This document shows, piece after piece, positions 36,801 to 47,803 of a stretch of 57,721 nucleotides of DNA. Each line of letters opens with the position of its first letter. The first letter of the stretch is position 1. This DNA is from Macrostomum lignano (taxonomy: Eukaryota): contig NIVC01004151.1 of NCBI GenBank assembly GCA_002269645.1, forward strand, positions 1 to 57,721. Direction: 5' to 3'. The notes beneath the pieces were generated by a model, which was not told the origin of the DNA, ran no database searches, and saw only the letters and a program-made list of their open reading frames with translations. The position numbers and the translations under genes were made by a program.

Positions 36801-39730
36801 CACATTTTGCTATTTTGCCCTACGGCAGGTTCGTACGGATTGTTTAAACTCGAGATTCTGCAACACAGTCGAGATTGTGTTTCCCCTGCCAGACCAGAGT
36901 CCGCTGTACAAGACCTCGCCAGACCTGTACGCTTTGTTGATGCTGCAAAAAAAGCGGCAACAATGCTCACTAGAGGCCTGCCTCCAACGACACGGTCTGG
37001 GCTTCTGCGATGTCGGATTGTTGGACAGAGGAACTCTGGGCTTCGATTCTTTTCACATCTGCATCAGGGGAATGAAAAATGTTCGCGACAGTGAAGATCG
37101 GGTGAGCGGACGTTATGCTTTTTCAATAATTTAGCAGTTAAATTGCTTTTTATCTAGAGTCTTACGTTTTAAGTGCTTAAAAGAATTATAAAAAGAGCAA
37201 ATGGCATAAGACCTTCTTAGTAATCAAGGAACAATATCACTTCTAGCTACTGCTAGGCAACCCAGTAATCAAATGAAGGTATTTATTACCTTGAGTCCTG
37301 ACTAGTCGTGCTCTTTCTGTGAGTTGATCTCGCAATAGGATTCAGTTAGATCAGTTGATCTGGCGCCTTACTTCTTGTTCTGGTCCGAGTCTTCTTTGTG
37401 CTCCTTGACTTCTTGCCGGCCGGTGTGGTATCTGTAGTTCGGACCAATAGGAAGCTTCGAATTAACTATGGGATCCCTGCGCCAATCTGCGGTTTCAATT
37501 AAGCCTTCTCCTTCTAGCAGTGCTTCAATGCACTCTAGGTATAGCTCCGGTAATCACTGATAGTCCTCTAAGATCTATCAGGGTAGCCTTCTGGAGACAA
37601 CAACCAATGGAGTCTTAAATAGACTCTAGAGTCTCAACAGACTCAAACACAACAATAATAATAAGTCGACTCAAACAACGGGCGCAAATGAGTAAGGCTT
37701 ACCGCAAGAACTCGACCGAGTCTCTGTAGGAAGTCTTCGTATTGCTTCCTCTTCGGAGCTTCTCCTTCTGGAGTCTTGTTGTTAGCTCCGGGTCCGCTTC
37801 GGACCACTTGTATTTATAGGCAAACGGACCCCTCGCGAGGTCGTCCATCACATTTTCGTAAATGTCAAAAGGTCGCGCTTTGGTGGCTGTCAAGCATGAC
37901 AGGGTAGAAGGTTAAGCAACTGGTCTAGTGTAGCGCGCATGATTGGTTACCGTAGCTGGGTTAATTGAGGCTTTCTTTGATAGGTTCACCCGGTGCAGGC
38001 CGGATGATGAATCGCAGGTGGGGTTTAAACTTGACAATTGTAGGTCACACGTGATTGGTCGGCTGCTAAAATAGCATGTTCGAATTTTCTTTCTTGTGAT
38101 TGGTTGATTAAAATATATCTGTGATTCAGTACTTGTTATTATACATGCTACTTACTATACTACTGAATAAAACTTATAAGTAGTATTTTAACTGTTTTAT
38201 GTCTTTTTTACGAGAGGTAGAAAACTCTACAAAACTTCACAGTAGCAACTCGGCCCGCTAAAGGTTTGTGTCGCTTTTAAGCTTTCTTCTCTCCCCGCTC
38301 TCTCTTTTTATCTCTCATCTCATCTATCTTGTTAATCTCTATCTATTGAATTGTATTGTATTCTATCTATCTATTGATCTCTATCTATCTCTATCTCTTT
38401 CATTGAGTTGTATCTTTTACCTGACGTTTGAGCCAAGAAAGCTCGTCAAGCCCTGTCCAAGATATTACTTAAACACCGGTAGGGTTCAGAGTAGCCCCGA
38501 ATCAGTGGAATCCTGGCGGAATCTTGCGTCTAAAGTACGCCCTGTTTATGACCCACTACATGCCTGATAGCTAAAAACCAAGCCCGTTGTACACAACCCT
38601 GTACGAGTGTTGTGTTATCCTATGATAGTCATGGGTCAACAGGATGAACAGAGTTGCTTACATCCTCGCTACCTTGGTGTTGACTGTCGTCTTCTCGATT
38701 TTCAGCAATGCTATCCACCTCGAGAATGAACTAACTAGCAAACGACAACAATAACGGAGGTTTCAACATAGCTTATCTAAACAATATGAATTAGCTTTGT
38801 TAAAATCCTGTTTTTTTACATATTGCAGGCAATCACTGCCGTGTTTCGGTACCTGGCCATGCTTCGAAAGCTTGGACCGCAAGAGTGGTTGTTCGAGGAA
38901 GCTCGCCTAGAAGGCCAAAAAGCCCTCGATGTCGGTCTAAACGACTGGGAATACTATCCATTTGTTCGCAGCAATATCTGCCTTCAGCGATATCCGATGC
39001 AGGATCTGCTGAGAGCGCATCGAGTGCCGTGCGACTACTCGCCAACAATAATATCCGACTTCTTGAATTTGCTGACTCCCGACAGATGCAAAGTGTACGT
39101 TTTCGAAGCTGGCGTCAACAAAAACTGTCCAAGTAAGTGCTTGAGTTAATACGGTACAGAAATATTTTGCTAAGTATTCAGACTTGAAGGGAACAGATGA
39201 ATGAAACAGCATGTTTTTTACAAACTAGGAACTTTTAGCTTTTGTTTAAATCTTCATCTTTTTAGATAAAAAGGTTAATTTTGACACAGTTCACACGTAC
39301 AATGTATGTTGAGTGATCATGTCGATAATTTCGTGAAAGTGCATCAGGCTGCACTATTTTCAAGCACAAATATTTGAAAGTATAGGTATTAAGAAATCTA
39401 AGCGTCCACGTCCCCTCAAAAGGCTTCTTTCTAAAATCATTCCTTATTATAGCGTAGACCAACGATCATATATACAGATCTATCAAAGATCTATGGCGTA
39501 GACTTGTAAAACTCTTCGCAAAAGCGTCTGCTTATCCGAATTTTTTTGCTAACGTCCATCTGTATGTAGCTGTCTATGGCCAGTCCTGCCCACACTCCGG
39601 CGCGGTGCCGCACAGCGTCAAGAAGCTGGATCCCGACCTGCTGGCAGTCTGTAAAGCCGATTGGCCTTCACCAAGCATTGAATTCGACGCTGATCTGGGC
39701 TTTCCTCAGCCAACGCCTGTGGATTGCTTA
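33829..39730 (+). CDS. M16A module F: N-half only, with a nardilysin-like acidic insert, probably spliced to G
   Basis: Exons 33829-34434, 35746-36042, 36254-36352, 36829-37101, 38829-39132, 39570-39730 (unspliced readthrough stops at 39751). HxxEH is replaced by ELCLR. Confidence 0.75.
34464..34712 (+). mobile_element. tRNA-derived SINE copy
   Basis: A-box-like GCAGCCTAATGGTTAGAGC, B-box GGTTCGATTC, same core. Confidence 0.8.
35385..35612 (-). mobile_element. tRNA-derived SINE copy
   Basis: Reverse complement of the core and B-box. Confidence 0.75.
36507..36586. repeat. 15-bp repeat family array (GCCCCTGATGCTAAA)n
   Basis: About 5 copies, same family as 3520 and 56640. Confidence 0.8.
37249..38768 (-). 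mobile_element. ~1.5 kb solo-LTR-like insertion in an intron of F
   Basis: Flanked by TAGCT at 37244-48 and 38769-73. The minus strand starts TGTTG, has three CCAATCA boxes (~38100, ~38055, ~37945) and AATAAA near the far end (~37265). The plus-strand left end reads AC-TG rather than a clean TG. Confidence 0.4.
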
Positions 39731-39843
39731 GTAAGCTGGGTGCTTGTCTGAGGACTGAGGACTGATGACTGAGAACTTTTCGTCGATTAGTTAAAGTTAT
39801 ATAGATCACTTGTAGTATTTTTATTCCTCCAACATGTTTTTAG

Positions 39844-42800
39844 GCGGAGTCAGTGTCAATAAGTCAACAAGACGACAGTTCGGCATTGTCGCGCATTGCT
39901 CGCCGTCATGAAAAACTCCTAGCCTTGCCGTCATCTGACTGCTCATTCCGCGTCATTGAGCTGACAAACGGTGTCCAAGCTATCCTGGCCAGTCGAAACA
40001 GTTTCGGAGGCCAGGAGAGTAACGAAAAATCGCTTGTGTGCACCACCCTGGGCATTGGGAGACTACACGATCCGACTGACTTTCGAGGCTTAGCAGAGCT
40101 GTGCCATCGCCTCACACTGGTTGGATCAAATCGACGCCTCAAACATTCGATGGCTTGAACGACCTGCTGCTAGACAATAGTTGTGAAGAGAATGTTGAAT
40201 ATGCCATGGGGGTACACGATGACCAATCAGTGTACAAGTTTACTGTTCCAGCGAGTCTAATTCCGGAAAGCCTGTTTCGCCTAGGCTGTGGATTGGTCAA
40301 TCCCGAAATTAGCAACGAAAGCGTCGAACGCGAGCTGCTGTCTGGTCAGTTCAGGCGCCAGATTCCAGCCCAGGACTGGTTGGAGCGCTGCTCGGGAAAT
40401 CTCACCCATCCCTACAATCGAATGGCGAAAGGTGCCCAGAAAACTATTCGATCCTACACATCCGAGGAACTAAAAACTCGCTTGATTGCATTTTTCAATG
40501 AAAACTACTCTGCGAACTTGTTGAAGCTGGCTATAGTGGACAGCAGGTCTCTTGACGAGTTGGAGGTTAGTTTGCGAGCCGTATAAAAAAATCCTATTGG
40601 AAGTAGGCACACTAATACTCGCAAGTTAATAACGAAGCCTTCAGATATGCGTGGTTTAATAACTTTGTACTCATTGCAGAAACTGGTGGCAGCTCATTTT
40701 GGAAGCATGCGGAATTTGTCAATCAACCAGTTGAAGATTTCAACGCATCCGTACGAAGGAACATTGATGGGCGTAAAGGTAGGTGCTTCAGACTTTATGT
40801 GTGTATTTTTGTGTACGTTTAATAGCAGCAGACAAGGAGTATAGACTCGCAAATTAGAATGTCACATTAGAGAGCGTTCTTCTTGTTCAGCTTACATTGG
40901 TTCCCCGACCAGAAGTAGAACCCGAGGACGCTCTAACCTATGAACTCCTGCCTAAAATTACACAATAGCTTACATTGGTTCCCGACCACAAAAGTAGAAC
41001 CCGAGGACGATCTAACCTATGAACCCCTGCCTAAAATTACACAATAGCTTACATTGGTTCCCGAACACAAAAGTAGAACCCGAGGACGCTCTAACCTATG
41101 AACTCCTGCCTAAAATTACACAATAGCTTACATTGGTTCCCGACCACAAAAGTAGAACCCGAGGACGCTCTAACCTATGAACCCCTGCCTAAAATTACAC
41201 AATAGCTTACATTGGTTCCCGACCACAAAAGTAGAACCCGAGGACGCTCTAACCTATGAACCCCTGCCTAAAATTACACAATAGCTTACATTGGTTCCCG
41301 AACACAAAAGTAGAACCCGAGGACGCTCTAACCTATGAACCCCTGCCTAAAATTACACAATACACTTAACTAATCTAGGTTCGCAGCAACTGTCTGAGTT
41401 TAGGTCGAAAACTTTACATGGTTTTCCCCTTGCCGGAGCAAACAAAACTGCACTTGACTTCGCCGGACATGCTCGTGAGCTACTTGATCAACAACCGGTG
41501 CAAGGGGAGCATTAGCGACTGTCTCGAGCGGCGTCATTTAAGTACAAACGTGTTTGGACAACTGGTCAACAGAGGTTCTGTAGGCTTCGACTCCTACTGC
41601 GTGACTGTTTTCCACCAGAATAAAGAGTTGGAGATGGCAGAGAGTGAGAACAAGGTGTGTACGAATAGCGATTTACATGCGTTTGTTGCGTATACATTGT
41701 TGCGTATATCACACGCTGTTCTTTCTAGAGAAGTCGTGCGTCCGACGCTCTCATGTCACTCACGACTTGAAGGTCGGGGTTCGATTCCCGATCATACTGG
41801 AACAATTTTTGTCCTTTAGCAAGACACTTAACTCTGCATTGTTTCAAGTTCACCCAGCTGTAAAATGGGTGCCAGCATTAGGAGGAGCAATTAAGGGTGG
41901 TGTGTTGCGATCCCAAAGTTCTTGGACTGAACAGCCGTACGCAGCCTTCAGATGCGCCGCCCCAAAGCTTCGGCTGAGCTGTCGGTTGCACATAGCCCAA
42001 TTAGGGAAGGTTTAATGAATTATTATGTTTTTATCCTCTTTAAGAAGAATCTGACTGTAAAAAAGTTTTCACAATGATCGACAACCTTCAATAAACTTCA
42101 ATAAAAATCAGACGTACGCGTCTATTGGTTAAGATACCTTTAAAAAAATTTCACTATCGCAAGCTTTTAAGCTCATATTTTACAGACTCAGTAAAATACC
42201 ACACTTATCTTCAGATAATCACAATAGTATTTCGCTATCTCGCAATGCTGCGCCAAATTGGTCCACTGGAGTGGCTCTACAACACTTTCCGCGTAGAAAG
42301 ACGCAAGGGTCAGACATTTGACGACGAAAATTCTTCTACTGGGCCTCGTTGGAAGCTGAACCCGTTGCAGTACTACTGCGACCAGCTGCTAGAGTGCCAC
42401 ATGCAGCGCTACCCTCTGGAGAGCTTGTTCACTGCTCGGTACGCGTTGCCTGAATACTCGCCTCGGGCCATTACTGACTTTCTGGAATTTTTGAAGCCCG
42501 ATAATTGCAAGGTGTTCGTTTCAGGCTTTGGCACAGACGAGTCTCATATGTGCACCTTTCTGTGTAAGTTGTCCTTTAATCTACAAAATGGTTACTAATT
42601 AAGTATCGGATAATTTAAAATCACTTATGACGTGATCTTCTTCGTTAGATTACTGATTATTCCATCCTTTCACCCGCAGCTCCTGATGGCAAGCTCTGCT
42701 GCGAGCCGGATGGCCCAAATTTCTGCAGTATGGAAAAGCTCAAACCGGAACTGATTGCCACCTGCTCAGCTGCTTGGCCTTCTTCATCGTGCGAGTTCGA

Positions 42801-45800
42801 TACTGAGCTGAAGCTGCCAAAACAGAATCTGTTTTTGTGCTCCGATTTTAGTCTGAGGCCCGACGAGACAACTGATCAGGTCGGTATGGATTCCTAGCGG
42901 TGATGCGGTGGTCCAGATCTGTGTTAGGGTAGGTTAGGTTAGGGTAGTCGGATAGCTATAGTTCTAAGAGGGGCTTTTAGTGCTGCAGCTAATCAAGTCG
43001 ACCGTTGAATCGCAGACAGAGTGGAAGCACACGCTCACACATGGTGTACAATGCCTATGACTTCATGGCTGAATATGAATTGCAAGAATTGTACGGAGGA
43101 GTAGTTGTGTTATTGTGTCGACTTTTTTAAATTTCAGCAACCACAAGGACCGCGGCTGCTACGATTCGAAGCCGGGCCGCACACACCAGCCGCTCGCTTC
43201 TGGTTCCAGCAGGATAACAGGCTCCAGACTCCGATTGTCTTCATCTCAGTCGATTTGGTGACTTCGCCTGAGCCGCTTGTGACCGACTGCGCCTCGTCCG
43301 TCATGCTGGATATTTTTGTCGTGCTCCTAGTCGACCAGCTCAACAGCCTTGAAAGCCAAGCCAAGCAGGTTGATCTACGTTTAAAAGTGTCGCGCAGCAA
43401 ACAGGGCATTCAGGTGTGCTGCAGCGGCTACAGGCAGCCCCTGCCAAGTCTTGTGGCTGCCGCTCTGAGTCGGATTTTTGAGCTGAAGATTACGGAACAT
43501 GCATTTCGTAAGGTGAGCTGTGCACAGTGTCTAACTAGAATTTTCCCGCCGACGAATATTTCCTGACGAGTTTGGCCTTGGGGATTCTTCTTAACTGCTC
43601 TGAACATATTTTTAAACGAGGCCAGCTGTTGAGGGGGCGCCAGCTACAGAGGGGGTGCCAGCAAACAGAGGGGACGTCAGCTACAGAGGGGACGCCAGCT
43701 ACAGAGGGGACGCCAGCAAACAGAGGGGACGCCAGCTACAGAAGGGACGCCCAGCTACAGAGGGGGTGCCAGCTACAGAGGGGGTGCCAGCTACAGAGGG
43801 GGTGCCAGCTACAGAGGGGGTGCCAGCTACAGAGGGGACGCCCAGCTACAGAGGGGGTGCCAGCTACAGAAGGGACGCCCAGCTACAGAGGGGGTGCCAG
43901 CTACAGAGGGGGCGCCAGCTACAGAGGGGGTGCCAGCTACAGAGGGGACGCCAGCTACAGAGGGGACGCCAGCTACAGAGGGGGTGCCAGCTACAGAGGG
44001 GACGCCAGCTACAGAGGGGACGCCAGCTACAGAGGGGGTGCCAGCTACAGAGGGGACGCCAGCTACAGAGGGGACGTCAGCTAGAGAGGGGACGTCAGCT
44101 ACAGAGGGGACGCCAGCAAACAGAGGGGACGCCAGCTACAGAGGGGACGCCCAGCTACAGAGGGGACGCCAGCTACAGAGGGGGTGCCAGCTACAGAGGG
44201 GACGCCAGCTACAGAGGGGGTGCCAGCTACAGAGGGGGCGCCAGCTACAGAGGGGGCGCCAGCTACAGAGGGGACGCCAGCTACAGAGGGGACGCCAGCT
44301 ACAGAGGGGACGTCAGCTACAGAGGGGACGCCAGCAAACAGAGGGGACGCCAGCTACCGAAGGGACGCCCAGCTACAGAGGGGACGCCAGCTACAGAGGG
44401 GGTGCCAGCTACAGAGGGGGCGCCAGCTACAGAGGAGGTGCCAGCTACAGAGGGGACGCCAGCTACAGAGGGGGTGCCAGCTACAGAGGGGGTGCCAGCT
44501 ACAGAGGGGGCGCCAGCTACAGAGGGGGCGCCAGCAAACAGAGGGGGCGCCAGCTACATTGGGATGCATTAATTGCCTACATGGATCATCGGCTCAGCAA
44601 ATATAAATTAATGGGTTATCAATCTCCTCATTGTTTCAGGCTCGACGGAAAATATCTGCCCTGGAGGCGCAGAAAACGCACAAAACGGACTTGTGCAAGT
44701 CGCAGCTTGCTATGCTACTAAATAGCGCCTGCTCTTGGCACTGGTCGTATCAGGATAAAAGAGTCGCTATTAACGGTATGTTTGCTAATATCTAAATATT
44801 CAATACAAAAATTCCAGACGAACTCTCTTCTCTACAAACCTTCACTTCAGAAACAACTCTGGAGAGCTTCATGATATTTGTCCAGCGATTCAGCAGTCAG
44901 ATTCAGCTATCGTCGCAACCGCAACGTCTGGTCAGCGAGGACGAGGACGAAGAGGACAAACGAACTGACGCGGCTGTTGCCGTCATGAGCCTTTGGTCAC
45001 GAATCTCCCTAGCCGAGGACGAAGAAGTCGTAGAGGAGAGCTCCGCGCTGCAGCAGACACTTCAGGAGGAGCAAGACCAGCAGCAGAAGCAGCAGATTCC
45101 GCGCCAACTGTTTGCCGAGATTCTCGTTTATGGCAACGCTACAGCTAAAGATGCTGAAGCAGCCAGTCAAATCATTTTGAACGCGCTGCCATCACCGACT
45201 CAGCGTACCACTGAGACAACATTTGAAGCAGTGAGGCGTCGAGTGTATCTACTCCCCAGCGGCAGCCATCACGTGCTCAGCTGACAATATCTGCTAATTA
45301 TCAGAGGAAATCAGGGTGCGCTGTAGTACTTCAGGTGCCAAAACCGGTGCCAACTGCCGACACAAATATGGGCTTTGAAGACGCGATTAGACAAGACTGT
45401 TTGTTTTATCTGCTAATCGAGGTTTTGCAATGCCGCGGCGAGATGATCAATGACCCGTTGGATCGAGCTATAAAGATACTAATACAGAGAAATTATCACG
45501 CCTATGTTGTTACATTTGACGTTGTGGATTCACAGCACCCGACAAAGGTAGGCCTATGTGTGAGAGTAGTGAATTAACAATGTCACTGAACCGAAAGGTA
45601 GGCCGATGTGTGAGAGTAGTGAATTAACAATGTCACTGAACCGAAAAGGTAGGCCGATGTGTGAGAGTAGTGAATGAACAATGTCACTGAACCGAAAGGT
45701 AGGCCGATGTGTGAGAGTAGTGAATTAACAATGTCACTGAACCGAAAAGGTAGGCCGATGTGTGAGAGTAGTGAATTAACAATGTCACTGAACCGAAAAG

Positions 45801-46559
45801 GTAGGCCGATGTGTGAGAGTAGTGAATGAACAATGTCACTGGATCGAATCAGCTGCTTGTTTCCTATCGCTCTTTTTTTCCAGATTGAAGAACAAGTGGA
45901 AAATTATATCGAAAAAATTGGCGATTACATTTCCTCTCTGTCAGAGGAGTCATTCCGATACTGCTTATCAAGCATGGAGAAATCGATGCGCAAAGAAATT
46001 CCTACTACTGTCCAGGAGCAGCACGATTCCCATTGGCGCAGCATCACTCACGGTGTGCTGCGCTTCGACCGGGACGCAAATTTGGCCAAGTGTTTAGACG
46101 CAGTGGTTGGAGGCATCAAGAAGGATTGTCTGCTTGAACTATGGCGGGTAAGTAGCAAAGTAGCAAAGTACCAATTTTTTACCAGCGTTTATCAGATTCA
46201 ACTTGAACTTAAGTTGGAGCTTATATAATTAGTCTTGTATAATATATACCGTTCGCGCCGCTTCCAGTCCTGCTTAAAGCGGGGATCTCCGAACCGGCGC
46301 AAGCTGTGCATCCATCGAATCTCCAGGGCGGCTTTCCCCGACGGCATCAGCGAGGCTGACTACGCTGATTACCCGGTGAGTCCTGAAGCCATACGCACTT
46401 GTTGACTCTTGTAGCGTTGGATGCGTTCTCCTTAATTAATTCTCTAAAAAACTCTATTTCCAGGGAACCATCATACGTAACAGAAATCTTTTCAAGCAAA
46501 GCCTGCTGCTAAGTCCCTTGCCATCGGTACAGAATTTGCGTCCGAACTCTGATGTCTAA
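39844..46559 (+). CDS. M16A pseudo-peptidase G, full four-domain module (two single-base frameshifts)
   Basis: Exons 39844-40565 (-1 at ~40138), 40680-40778, 41379-41654, 42215-42563, 42680-42879, 43138-43512, 44640-44775, 44818-45547 (-1 at ~45278), 45884-46147, 46268-46375, 46464-46559. HxxEH is replaced by ELCHR. It begins at a splice acceptor with no ATG of its own. Confidence 0.75.
40888..41362. repeat. 79-bp intronic tandem repeat x6
   Basis: The unit start AATAGCT recurs at 40964, 41043, 41122, 41201 and 41280. Confidence 0.95.
41745..42030 (+). mobile_element. tRNA-derived SINE copy
   Basis: GGTTCGATTCCCG B-box plus core. Confidence 0.75.
43620..44570. repeat. 20-21-bp intronic minisatellite (GCCAGCTACAGAGGGGG(C/T))n
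   Basis: About 45 copies; source of the spurious ORFs at 43572-44721. Confidence 0.95.
45545..45840. repeat. 50-51-bp tandem repeat x6 that begins at a splice donor
   Basis: AAGGTAGGCCGATGTGTGAGAGTAGTGAATTAACAATGTCACTGAACCG repeated. Confidence 0.95.
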
Positions 46560-47803
46560 GCGAGACGCCATCGAGTTTCTTGGAATTTTGAATTTGCAGC
46601 AATAAATAAACAGGACTCAGTTCAACCTCAATAAAATATCGGTAGTTATACACTCAATATTTACCTGTGCAAACATGCACGAACAACTTTGTCAATGTTT
46701 AATATGAGAATGGTTTTGCTCAAGAAAGCTCTTGTTTTCGGTTACCCTTGGTGTACTTACTTGTGCAGAAGACTAGCAAAGACCAATTATCAGATGGTAA
46801 AAGAATAAACCTATTTGTTCATTTTTACATAAATTACGCTTGTAGCCTTCGTTCACGGTGTAAAATTATTTTGACGATTTTTTTTTACAAATTTTGCTTT
46901 TTAAATCATTTTGTAACACAAAGATCCGTTAGAAGCTCCCCAGAAACGCTAGATCGTCAGTTAAAAAACTGAATTTAAGTATTCATGCTCATAACTAGCA
47001 TCTGCAAAGTTATAGATACACAGATACTAGCATCGTAGATAGGACAGTACACCACATGTAGATGTAGAAGTGTTTGGTCTTACTCTAACGATCACCAAAG
47101 GAAAGGTTGTTAAATTTTTGTTCTATAATGTTGCCGATCCTCGTGGACATAAAGAGATGAATAAACTCCTATGTCTGCGCCAACAGGTCAACTCAACAGT
47201 GTCCAATGCTCTTTGTCGTATGGGTATTAAACAAGCCAAGCAAAAACTAAAATAATAATGAAGCCAAACAGTAGCCTGTAGCTGTAGTACTCTTCTCTTG
47301 ACTTAACTGAATCAACTGCTGTAGAGGACGCAATGTGAAGATGAGAGCGAAAGGCAAAAGGTTGGCTTTCCTCGATTATTTTGTTGCTCCCTGTTTAGTG
47401 CTGTGAAGGCAGCAGGTAACAATTAAGGTAATTTGAGCGTAAATGCAAGGTTTAAATTTATTTTATTCTGAATACGTCATAAACTGGTGTTGAGCATGCA
47501 GCTCTAGTTCAAGAAAAAATCGGAGAGAAGTTTTCATTAGTCGCGTTATATCCTATCTAAACTGTACAAAGGTCTAGTTTAGTTTTAGGTCAGTTTTGGT
47601 GATAGATGTTTAATAAATTCTGTTGAAGCTAAAAACCAAAACTCAACATTCTCGATGTCTCCTAACCAACAAACATCTACTTGTGGTCCGAAGGGACAGC
47701 TAATACACTATTTTTTCACCTTGATATGATTGTCTATGGGCATAACTTGAAAAAACCGCATAGTCTTTCAATTCTTGCATAGCTTCAATTCTTAGAGCTC
47801 AAG

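Noticed and set aside
40888-41362. Regular arrays (79 bp here, also 50 bp and 36 bp elsewhere) as possible CRISPR
   Set aside because: Head-to-tail units with no unique spacers, no cas genes, and a eukaryotic intron context.
43572-44721. Long ORFs such as (PATEG)n, (RGRQLQ)n and (SYRGGA)n
   Set aside because: Translations of a stop-free 20-21-bp minisatellite inside an intron of G, open in several frames.
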